Of a stretch of 64,000 nt of DNA, positions 26,534 through 34,663 are shown one piece after another. The notes beneath the pieces were generated by a model. It was not told the origin of the DNA, searched no databases, and worked only from the letters and a program-made list of their open reading frames with translations. The stretch is from Verrucomicrobiota bacterium. Lineage in GTDB: Bacteria > Verrucomicrobiota > Verrucomicrobiia > Limisphaerales > UBA9464. The position numbers were made by a program, and so were the translations under genes. The stretch spans positions 84,106-148,105 of the forward strand of contig JAXMHR010000014.1 in NCBI GenBank assembly GCA_046346705.1. The letters are read 5' to 3'. Positions within the stretch are counted from its first letter, which is position 1; each line of letters starts with the position of its first letter.

Positions 26534-27260
26534 TGGTGAAACCGGTGTTGGAGGGAGGCGAAAGGACCCGCCAATCGCCCTCCGGAAGATTCCCCAGTTC
26601 GTAGGCACCAAACCGGGTGCGGTGGAGTCGAACCACGTGGGCGCCCTGGCTGGCGAACATTCGTTTGACCTGGTGATAGCGCCCCTCGGTGAGTTCCAAC
26701 CGCGCCTCCCGCGTGCCCAGAATCTCCAGCCGGGCCGGAAGGCAGGGTGTACTCTCCCCCACAAGCATGAGGGTTCCCGCGGCGAACTGTGGAATCCAGT
26801 CCGGATCCAAATCGCGATCCACGGTCACTTCATAAACCTTCGCCACGTGATGACGTGGGGACGTCCAGCGATGGATCAGTTCACCGGAGTCCGTCAGCAG
26901 GAGGAGTCCGGTGGTGTCCTTGTCCAGTCGGCCCACGGAATGGACGGGCGGGTTGCGTTGAAGCCAGCGGGCGGGGATCCGGTCGTAAACGGAGGGACCC
27001 TCCTTGGGGTCGTGGGAGCAGACGAGCCCGGCGGGTTTGTGATAGAGCGCGAGGATTCCTCCGGGATGTTCCACGCCCTCCCCGTCGATGCGCACGCGGG
27101 CGGGCAAGGCGCGATGGGCGGGATCCCGAACTGCAACGCCATCCACAGTGACGCGTCCTGCGCGCAGCCACGGACGAGCTTCACTGCGGCTGCAATAGCC
27201 GTAGCGCGAGAGGAGTTGGTCGAGACGGAGCGGTCGGGAGTCGTCGGGCATGGGGCGCAC
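26517..27260 (-). CDS. pseudouridine synthase, RsuA/RluB/E/F family (S4 domain + catalytic domain)
   Basis: 247 aa. S4-like N-terminus (LRLDQLLSRYGYCSRSEARPWLRAGRVTVDG). Catalytic HSVGRLDKDTTGLLLLT. EGRYHQVKRMF. Confidence 0.85.
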   Translation of the reverse strand: MRPMPDDSRPLRLDQLLSRYGYCSRSEARPWLRAGRVTVDGVAVRDPAHRALPARVRIDGEGVEHPGGILALYHKPAGLVCSHDPKEGPSVYDRIPARWLQRNPPVHSVGRLDKDTTGLLLLTDSGELIHRWTSPRHHVAKVYEVTVDRDLDPDWIPQFAAGTLMLVGESTPCLPARLEILGTREARLELTEGRYHQVKRMFASQGAHVVRLHRTRFGAYELGNLPEGDWRVLSPPSNTGFTITAPE

Positions 27261-27269
27261 CGGCGTCCG

Positions 27270-28346
27270 CTATAGCGTGAGCCGTCGCAGAAGATATCCC
27301 AGGAGTCCGGTCAGGGGCAGGGTAAGCACCCAGGCCCAGAGGATGCGTTCGACCACGTTGAGCTTGAGCGCGCTGAAGCGTTTGGCGCAGCCGACGCCCA
27401 TGATGCTGGTCGTGATGGCGTGCGTGGTGGAGACCGGCATTCCGTAGTGGGCGGCGACCATCAATACGGTGGCGCCCGCGGACTCCGCAGCGAATCCGTT
27501 CACCGGCTGAAGCTTCACCATCTTGTGGCCCATGGTCTTGATGATGCGCCAGCCGCCCGCTGCCGTACCGGCCGCCATGGTCAGCGCGCAAATGACCTTG
27601 ATCCAGGCGGCGATGACCTCCTTGCCGCCGTGGTCCACCATGGGATGGCGGAGAAATCCGAGCCATTCGGGGATGGCTTCAAGACTGCCATCCTTGGCCC
27701 CCGCGGCGAGGGCGAGGGCGATGATGCCCATGGTCTTCTGAGCGTCATTTGAACCGTGGGCGAATCCCATGTACCCGGCGCTGGCGAGCTGCGCCTTGCC
27801 GAACACGGAGTTCACGGTGTGGGGAAGCCAGTTTCGGAGGAGCAGGTACAGCAGCGTCATCACCAGCAATCCGAGAAGGAACCCCGCCAGGGGCGAGCTG
27901 ACCATGGGGATCACCACCTTGTAGAGCAGGCCGTCGTTCTTGTACCAGGGGCCGTCCTTCACCTTGGACCAGATCAGCGCGTTCCAGTTGCCGTTGGCCG
28001 AGGCGAGGGTGGCGCCGCAGAGGCCCCCGATGAGGGCGTGGCTGGAGCTGCTTGGAAGGCCGAACCACCAGGTGACGAGGTTCCAGACAATGCCGCCGAG
28101 GAGGGCGCAGATAATCGTGGAGCTCGTCACGAAATGGGAGTCCACCAAGCCTGACGAAACGGTCTTGGCGACCGCGTTGCCGGCGAGCGCCCCGATCAGA
28201 TTGGTGGAAGCCGCCAGAAGCACCGCCATTCTTGGCGTCAGGACCTTGGTGGAGACGACCGTGGCGATCGAATTGGCGGTGTCATGAAATCCGTTGATGT
28301 ACTCGAACACCAGGGCGACCACGATGACGGTGAAGAGCAGCGTCAT
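27270..28346 (-). CDS. pitA: inorganic phosphate transporter, PiT (PHO4) family
   Basis: 358 aa. FEYINGFHDTANSIATVV and FAHGSNDAQKTMGII PiT signature repeats. About 10 TM helices. Confidence 0.9.
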   Translation of the reverse strand: MTLLFTVIVVALVFEYINGFHDTANSIATVVSTKVLTPRMAVLLAASTNLIGALAGNAVAKTVSSGLVDSHFVTSSTIICALLGGIVWNLVTWWFGLPSSSSHALIGGLCGATLASANGNWNALIWSKVKDGPWYKNDGLLYKVVIPMVSSPLAGFLLGLLVMTLLYLLLRNWLPHTVNSVFGKAQLASAGYMGFAHGSNDAQKTMGIIALALAAGAKDGSLEAIPEWLGFLRHPMVDHGGKEVIAAWIKVICALTMAAGTAAGGWRIIKTMGHKMVKLQPVNGFAAESAGATVLMVAAHYGMPVSTTHAITTSIMGVGCAKRFSALKLNVVERILWAWVLTLPLTGLLGYLLRRLTL

Positions 28347-28354
28347 GACCGGCC

Positions 28355-28987
28355 TCAGGAGTTTTTCAGGACGATGTAGAAGATCACGTTGCCGGCGTCG
28401 CGGCAGCGGTCGATCACCTTTTCCAGGAGGTCGTAAAGATCCTTGAGAACGATGACCGCCACGGGTTCGAACCGGCCGGAATACAATTCGCGGAGCAGTT
28501 CGACCATGACCTTGTCGGCCTCGCCCTCGAGGTATTGCAGGCGGTCATTCTGCTCCTTCACCCCTTCCAGGCCCGGGTTGTTGCGGAGCCCGCGGATCAT
28601 TTCCAACACGGTCTGCGTGGCTTCATCGAGCAACTGGAGCTGGCGGGAGAAATTGGCGCCCTTGAGCCGGTCCGGCGCCAGCAGCAGGCGCTCGCAGAAC
28701 TTCTCCAGGGTTTTCGGGATCTTGTAGAGTGCGGTGCTCAGGGCATCGATGTCCTCCCGTTCGAGGGGAGTGACGAAGGTGCGGGTCACCAGGGTCCGGA
28801 TATCCTCGGTGATCCGTTTGTCCTTTTTTCGAAGCAGCGCGAAGTCGTCGAGAGATCCCGCGCCCTTGGACGGGGATTCGAGGGTGGCTTTGACGAGCGC
28901 GACACTTTCGCGCGCCTCGGTGGCCGATTTTTCCAGCAGGTCAAAAAACTCGTCGTTGCGACCCAACAGGCGTTGCAGGGAAAACAT
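28355..28987 (-). CDS. DUF47/PhoU-like phosphate-transport regulator (Pit accessory protein)
   Basis: ORF track 28355..29971. Only the C-terminal 210 aa, from MFSLQRLLGRNDEFFDLLEKS (ATG at 28987), look like a protein. Four-helix DUF47 pattern. Sits 8 nt upstream of pit. Confidence 0.85.
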   Translation of the reverse strand: MFSLQRLLGRNDEFFDLLEKSATEARESVALVKATLESPSKGAGSLDDFALLRKKDKRITEDIRTLVTRTFVTPLEREDIDALSTALYKIPKTLEKFCERLLLAPDRLKGANFSRQLQLLDEATQTVLEMIRGLRNNPGLEGVKEQNDRLQYLEGEADKVMVELLRELYSGRFEPVAVIVLKDLYDLLEKVIDRCRDAGNVIFYIVLKNS

Positions 28988-29098
28988 GGCGCAGGTTTGG
29001 TAGCGGAAATCCGGGACCGTGGCGCGAAAAATCTCGGTTGGGTTCCGCTGCATTGGGATCGCCGGCGGGCTCCGGTTCCCGCAGGTTGGGCGGGGTCG

Positions 29099-30076
29099 AT
29101 GAGGGTGGTTGTCTATTCGGATTTTCATTACGCGGGGGCCGCGGAAAGGTCCCGGCGCGGATTCGAGGCGCGGGCGATCGGAAACCCCGTGCTGCGGGGG
29201 CTGGCCCTGGCGTGGCGCCACTGGATCTGGCTTCGGGATCCGATGGCGCACAATCACCGGCTGGACGCGTTGCTGGCCGCCAACCCGGCACCGGACCTCG
29301 CCGTGGTCAACGGGGATTTTACGGTGGATTCCGCCTTTGTGGGCGTCAGTGATGACGCCGCCCTGGCAAGCGCTGCCGAGGTGCTGGGACGACTCCGCGC
29401 AGCCTACGGACCCCGCCTTTTGGCCACCATCGGGGACCACGAACTCGGCAAGCAGAGCCTGTTTGGAGGCGCCGGGGGGCTGAGGTTGGAAAGCTGGCAC
29501 CGGTGCGCGGAAGCGTTGGCGCTGGAGGCGGTCTGGAGGAGGGACTTCGGTCCGTGGTCCCTGGTGGGGATTGCGTCCACGCCCGTGGCCCTCCCGGTGT
29601 TTTCGCCCGAGATGTTGCCGTCCGAACGGTCCGATTGGGAATCCGTGGGCCGGAATGTCCGGGAACAGGTGCGTGCGGTCCTCGATTCGATTGCGTCGGA
29701 CCGCCGAATCGTGCTGTTGGTGCATGACCCAAGCGCGCTGCCGTTCCTTGCGCGTGAGGCCTGTGTTGTTGACCGGCTGCCGCAGGTGGCGCAGACGATC
29801 GTCGGGCACCTCCATACGCCCTCCTTGTTCCGCCTGGCGCAGGGGCTCGCCGGGATGCCCCGGATCGGGTTCCTCGGTAACACCGTCCGGCGCTATTCCT
29901 CCGCACTCCGGGAAGCCCGGGTTTGGCGCGATTTCCGGACCGTGCTTTGCCCGTCTCCTGCCGGAATTCAACTGCTGAAGGACGGTGGCTGGCTGGAACT
30001 GGACCTGCCTTTGGACTCAGCGGAGTCCGGGTTGCAGATCCGGCGCCACCGGCTTCCGTGGGATCCGCAGGGGTGA
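29099..30076 (+). CDS. metallophosphoesterase (calcineurin-like)
   Basis: ORF track 28535..30076. Start moved to MRVVVYSDFHY (ATG 29099). Motifs SDFH, NGDFT, GDHE, LLVHDP, GHLHTP. Confidence 0.75.
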   Translation: MRVVVYSDFHYAGAAERSRRGFEARAIGNPVLRGLALAWRHWIWLRDPMAHNHRLDALLAANPAPDLAVVNGDFTVDSAFVGVSDDAALASAAEVLGRLRAAYGPRLLATIGDHELGKQSLFGGAGGLRLESWHRCAEALALEAVWRRDFGPWSLVGIASTPVALPVFSPEMLPSERSDWESVGRNVREQVRAVLDSIASDRRIVLLVHDPSALPFLAREACVVDRLPQVAQTIVGHLHTPSLFRLAQGLAGMPRIGFLGNTVRRYSSALREARVWRDFRTVLCPSPAGIQLLKDGGWLELDLPLDSAESGLQIRRHRLPWDPQG

Positions 30077-30080
30077 ATTG

Positions 30081-32612
30081 TTACTCCCCGGAACCGTTGG
30101 ACGGAGCCTCGGGCGCAGAGTCGGGGGAGGCAGGGGTCTTGGATGGCTGCTGGCCTATGGAGTCCAGATGCCGTTCCGCCGCGCGATTCAGCTTGTCCCG
30201 CTCCTGTTTGAAGTCGGCTTCCAGCATTCGGATTTGAGGGGAGTCCTGCTGGTATTGCTTGGTGAGCTCGGCCGCGGACTGCGGGTTGGGCAGCACGGTG
30301 GGGCGCATCAGGATCATCAGTTCCGTGCGGGACTTGTCCACCGTGGTGGACCGGAACAGGGCGCCGAGGAGCGGGATGTCCTTGAGCAGCGGCACGCCGG
30401 ACTTGGTGTTCCCCTTGGAGGCGCGGATGTAGCCGCCGAGCAGGACTGATTGTCCGGTCTGGACGGAGATCGTCGAGGTGGCCTGGCGCTTGTTGGTCAC
30501 GGGAGCGTTTTGGGCGGTCTCGATGCCGCCGTTGTTGGGGGCGATTTCCTCAATCGTCTGCTCCACCTCCATCACCACCAGTCCGTCCGAGGTGATGTAG
30601 GGCAGGACGTTCAGTCCCACGCCGACATTCTGTCGGTCGTAGAAGGTGCTGGTGCCCACCAGGCCGACGCCATTGTTGTAGCCGCCCTGCACGAACGGCA
30701 CGGTCTGACCGGCGAAGAAGTTGGCCGGCGTCGCGTGCGACGTGATGATGCGCGGGCGTTGGAGGATGTTCACGTTGCCGTCCGAAGCCAGCGCCTTGAC
30801 GATCACGTCGATATCCTGGTTGAAGCGGAGCAGGTAGTTGAGTCCGCCGCCGGTGGGAATCGTCGGGAAGATGTTGGTGAGCGAGTTAAAGCCGTTGAGA
30901 TTGTCCATCGTGCCGCCGCCCCCGACGGTGTCGTTGAACTGCTTGTACTTCTGGCGCGCACTGACGCCGTAGGAAAGGCCGGAGGTGAGTCCCACCTCCA
31001 TGATGACGCCTTCGATCAGGACCTGAGCGAGGAGGGTGTCCACCTTCTCGATGATCTTCCGGAGCTGCGCCATGTCCTTCCGGCTTGCGTAGATGATGAG
31101 GGAGTTGGAGCGGGGATCGGGGGTGATGCTGGCCTCGCCGGAGAGCGGTTGCGCGGGATTCTGCTGGGCGCCGGCGCGGTTGGCGTTATTGAGGCGTCCC
31201 TGGAAGGTGTTGGCTCCCCCGGAGGTGCCCGTGGGCCGGGGCGTGGCGACCTGCTGGGGCAGGAGCGGTTCGGTTCCTTCGGATTGGCCGTAGTATTGTC
31301 CGGAACTGCGGCTCCCGTACGAACTGCCCATCGAGCTTCCGAGTCCGCTTCGACCCAACCCGCTGCCCAGGCCCCCTCCGAGTCCTCCGCCCAGGCCGCC
31401 TCCGAGGCCCCCATTGCGCCGTCCGGTGGACGCCGGGAGCGCGCCGCCGCCGCCGCCACTGATGACGCTGCTCAGGGTCTGGTACAGTTCCTCGACCTTC
31501 CCGAATTTGATCGGGAACACCTCAAAGATGTATTCCTGCTCCACCTCGACATCGATCTTCTTCAGGACCTCCAGCATGCGCTTCACGTTGATGGCATAGT
31601 CGCGCAGGATGAGGGTCTTGGTGGATTCGAGGGCCACGATGCCATTCTGGTTCTTGGCGAATTGCTTCAGGGTCTCCGCGGCTTCCAGGACCGGCACGTG
31701 CTCCACCTTGATGACGTGGGTGACGAACTGGCTGGCTTCCGCGTAGTCCTCCACCTTCTTGTTGGCGAATGCGGCGCCCTCCTGCAGGGCCTGGGCGGTG
31801 GGCACGGCGAGCACGGCCTTCTCGCCGGTGGGAATCATGGTGATTCCATTCAGGGCGAGGATGGTGTCGTACATTTGAAGCCGTTCGTCGGGCGTGAGGG
31901 TCGTGGCGGGCTTGAAATTGATCTGCGTGGTCGTGGGAAGATTCGAGGCGCGAAGGACCGTGCGCTTGGAAATGGTGGAGTATTCGTCGAGGAACTGCTC
32001 CAACGGCATGTTCTTGAAATTGATGACATCCGTGGCGTCCGCGGTGTCGGTTCCGGCCGGATTGGGTGTCCGGACCGCATTTGTTGCCGAACCGGCGGCC
32101 CCCGCGGTGGAACCCCCGGGATTAAACGGAGGGAGATTCATGCCCACGGGACGTCCGGCCGGCCTCGGGAGATTGAAGCGGGCGGCGTTGGTGGCCGCGG
32201 CGCCGGAAGCGGGGCGCGGCGGGGGCCCGAGGGGATTGACCGGAGTCGGGGTTGTGGGACCTGGAACCGGAACCACCGGCGCCGCGGTCCCTGCAGGCGC
32301 GGTCACAGGCGGGGCGGCCGTGGTGGGAGGCGTCGTGGTCCCCGGTGCGGGAATGGTGGCCGGGGGAACGGCGTTGGGAGGGATTCGGGTGGGATTGTTC
32401 GGGCCTGCGGTGGCGGGAGGCGGGACGGCCTGGGTGGGGTCCACCCCGGGGGCGTCGACCTCCGGGACCGCGGTGACCGCCGGATCCACGACGATGTGTT
32501 CCACGACGGGCGCATCGTCGGGCTTGCCGGGCTCCGAAAGCGCGAAATCCTGGGCGAGGGCGCCGGAGGCCGCCAGCCAGAGCGCAAGAAGGGAAGGCAC
32601 GAGAGGTTTCAC
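30081..32612 (-). CDS. gspD: secretin (GspD/PilQ family)
   Basis: 843 aa. Signal peptide MKPLVPSLLALWLAASGALA. Pro/Thr/Ala-rich N-terminal region and repeated N-domains. Secretin core with GVPLLKDIPLLGALFRS and ELMILMRPTVL. Confidence 0.85.
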   Translation of the reverse strand: MKPLVPSLLALWLAASGALAQDFALSEPGKPDDAPVVEHIVVDPAVTAVPEVDAPGVDPTQAVPPPATAGPNNPTRIPPNAVPPATIPAPGTTTPPTTAAPPVTAPAGTAAPVVPVPGPTTPTPVNPLGPPPRPASGAAATNAARFNLPRPAGRPVGMNLPPFNPGGSTAGAAGSATNAVRTPNPAGTDTADATDVINFKNMPLEQFLDEYSTISKRTVLRASNLPTTTQINFKPATTLTPDERLQMYDTILALNGITMIPTGEKAVLAVPTAQALQEGAAFANKKVEDYAEASQFVTHVIKVEHVPVLEAAETLKQFAKNQNGIVALESTKTLILRDYAINVKRMLEVLKKIDVEVEQEYIFEVFPIKFGKVEELYQTLSSVISGGGGGALPASTGRRNGGLGGGLGGGLGGGLGSGLGRSGLGSSMGSSYGSRSSGQYYGQSEGTEPLLPQQVATPRPTGTSGGANTFQGRLNNANRAGAQQNPAQPLSGEASITPDPRSNSLIIYASRKDMAQLRKIIEKVDTLLAQVLIEGVIMEVGLTSGLSYGVSARQKYKQFNDTVGGGGTMDNLNGFNSLTNIFPTIPTGGGLNYLLRFNQDIDVIVKALASDGNVNILQRPRIITSHATPANFFAGQTVPFVQGGYNNGVGLVGTSTFYDRQNVGVGLNVLPYITSDGLVVMEVEQTIEEIAPNNGGIETAQNAPVTNKRQATSTISVQTGQSVLLGGYIRASKGNTKSGVPLLKDIPLLGALFRSTTVDKSRTELMILMRPTVLPNPQSAAELTKQYQQDSPQIRMLEADFKQERDKLNRAAERHLDSIGQQPSKTPASPDSAPEAPSNGSGE

Positions 32613-32618
32613 AGCGGT

Positions 32619-33284
32619 CTATTTTTTCGGTGGAGTGGCGCCGGAATTGGTGGGCGACGCTCCTTTGGGTTGAACGGCGGCGGGACGGGAAGGTTTCGCG
32701 GAGGCGGGCGCGGCAGGGGGCGCCTTGGGCTTTTTTTGGTAGCTGGCGACGATCGTCAGCGTGGTTTGAAGCTTCGTCTGGCTCGCGTCGAGCCGGAGGC
32801 GGGAGATGTCCCGGACGCGGATGAGGGAATTCCCCGCTCCCAGGGAGTGGAGAAAGTTGACGAGTTCCGGTTCGCTGGCCGTGACCTCGGCCGTCATCTG
32901 GTTCTCCTCAAAAAAGGCGTTGGTCTGGCCGGTCCGTGCGCTGGTGGCGATCGGACGAATGTTCCCGACCGTGACCCCGTATTCGGCCGCCTTGGACTGG
33001 ATCATCGACTGCAGCCGGTTGGCCTGTTCCTCCTGGGGGACCTCCGCGCCGGCCAGTTGCAGTTCCTTGAGCTGCTTCTCGTAGCCGCCCTTGTTCCGGA
33101 TCTCCTTCTCGTACTTCAACTGGTTCGCCGTCAGCTTCTCAATGTCCAGCTGGACCTCCTTCCAGCGTCCGAAGAAGGGCCAGACGATCCAGTAGTTGAC
33201 CACGACCGCCAGCACGACCAGTCCGACGAGCAGCCAGCGCCGCTCCGTGGGCTGGAGATTGAGCTTGTCGAGCCACTTCATCAT
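32619..33284 (-). CDS. PilO/GspM-like bitopic assembly protein
   Basis: 221 aa. N-terminal TM (RRWLLVGLVVLAVVVNYWIV), coiled coil, small periplasmic domain, Pro/Ala/Lys-rich tail. ATGA overlap with the upstream gene. Ends 6 nt before the secretin gene. Confidence 0.5.
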   Translation of the reverse strand: MMKWLDKLNLQPTERRWLLVGLVVLAVVVNYWIVWPFFGRWKEVQLDIEKLTANQLKYEKEIRNKGGYEKQLKELQLAGAEVPQEEQANRLQSMIQSKAAEYGVTVGNIRPIATSARTGQTNAFFEENQMTAEVTASEPELVNFLHSLGAGNSLIRVRDISRLRLDASQTKLQTTLTIVASYQKKPKAPPAAPASAKPSRPAAVQPKGASPTNSGATPPKK

Positions 33285-34663
33285 GGCGTGTCGCTCCTCC
33301 GGAGTTCGGCCTCGAAATTCCAGGTGGTGATGTTGGCGCCGGGACGGGTGTCGAACTGGGTCGCCTTCACGTTGGAGAAGAGGGGCTGGCCACCCGCCTG
33401 GGACTTCTTGAGCTCGGAATTAAACTTGGTGATGTCCGCCGTGCTGTCCGGCGGGACCGTGCCCCGCAGCGCGAGGGTGTGCCCCTTTTGGAAATCCAGC
33501 TGGGTCAGGGTCGCCGAGGCAGGCAGCAGGTCCACCGCCGCCTTCCAGGCGTCGAGGGCGGCAAACTTCAGGGCCACCTGCTCCTGGAGGACTCCCACCT
33601 GGGCCCGGAGCTGCAGGCTGTTGGTGTAGGTGATCCCCATCGAGGAGACCTCGGACCGGAGGTTGTCCCGCTGCAGCGTCCGGATGTTGAGCGCGATGAG
33701 AAACGCGAACACGAACACCACGTAGGCCACGGCCAGCGCCCCCAGTCCGCCCATCCACAGGCGGTCCATCGCCTTCTGACGCTGGGTGCTGGTCCATTCC
33801 GCAGGGACCAGCGGGGTCGCGGGGGCCTTCAGGAAGTGGGTGCAGCTGGCCAGCGCGAGGAGGGGCAGGGGCGACGGGGTTTCCCGCTGGACGGGATGGC
33901 CGGACCATGCGCTGAGAATCGGCTCCATTTCGCCGGCGAGGATGGGATCTGCGACGATGTGGACCGGCGGGACGCTGGTGAACCAACCGTCCATTTCACC
34001 CGCCCAGGCGATCTGGCCGAGCTGCGAGGCGAGCGCCGGCGCGCCGTTGGGTCCCGGAGCGACCGACAACAGGGTGACGTCGCGCCAGACGCCGCCGAGG
34101 AACCACCCGGCGAGGCCGTAGCGCTTATCCCCCGAGGATTCGAAGATCAGCCAGAGTCCATCCCCGGACGGCTGGAGCGCCTGCCACGCCCGGACCAGCG
34201 GCAGGTCGATCTGGTCCGGAACAAATCCGGCAGCCGCCTGTTCGTTGAGAAACTCTTCGACACTGGACCGTGAGGCCAGGGTGACGAGGGCCGTTTGCTG
34301 CTGGCCGTCCGGATGCATCACGCCGACCGCGGTCCAGGTGATCTGGTTGACCGGGAGAGGGGAAATGCGATCCAGCTGAAATTCCACCAACGCCTGGATC
34401 TCGGCGGGGTCTCCGGAGGGCAGTTGGATCGCTCGGACGAAGGCGCCCTCGGTGGGCAGCCAGGCCACGCGCAGGCAGGGCTGGAAAATCGACTGCCAAT
34501 CCCGCGTCTGGAGCCGCTTGGGCAGCGGCTTGCCCGCGTCGAGCCGGAGTTCCCCCGCGGGTTTCACCCGGTTCCGGGCCACCTCAAACTGCCATACCCG
34601 GCGTCCGATGGGCGACGACGAGAGGACGACTCCCGACTGAAATCGCTGCGAACGCGCCTTCAT
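33281..34663 (-). CDS. PilM-PilN fusion / GspL-like assembly protein
   Basis: 460 aa. ~300-aa cytoplasmic domain, one TM (LWMGGLGALAVAYVVFVFAFLIALNI), ~125-aa PilN-like periplasmic domain. ATGA overlaps at both ends. Confidence 0.5.
   Translation of the reverse strand: MKARSQRFQSGVVLSSSPIGRRVWQFEVARNRVKPAGELRLDAGKPLPKRLQTRDWQSIFQPCLRVAWLPTEGAFVRAIQLPSGDPAEIQALVEFQLDRISPLPVNQITWTAVGVMHPDGQQQTALVTLASRSSVEEFLNEQAAAGFVPDQIDLPLVRAWQALQPSGDGLWLIFESSGDKRYGLAGWFLGGVWRDVTLLSVAPGPNGAPALASQLGQIAWAGEMDGWFTSVPPVHIVADPILAGEMEPILSAWSGHPVQRETPSPLPLLALASCTHFLKAPATPLVPAEWTSTQRQKAMDRLWMGGLGALAVAYVVFVFAFLIALNIRTLQRDNLRSEVSSMGITYTNSLQLRAQVGVLQEQVALKFAALDAWKAAVDLLPASATLTQLDFQKGHTLALRGTVPPDSTADITKFNSELKKSQAGGQPLFSNVKATQFDTRPGANITTWNFEAELRRSDTP

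Noticed and set aside
28988-29971. N-terminal 328-aa extension of the DUF47 ORF (ORF track 28355-29971).
   Set aside because: The extension overlaps the well-supported plus-strand metallophosphoesterase gene and has a shadow-ORF composition. The DUF47-like sequence begins only at MFSLQRLLG (ATG 28987).
30450-33629. 1059-aa plus-strand ORF spanning the secretin, PilO-like and PilMN-like genes in antisense.
   Set aside because: It crosses three independently supported minus-strand genes. Its composition (GGRG/RRGG runs) mirrors the Gly/Pro-rich sense sequence. No motifs are present. Shadow ORF.
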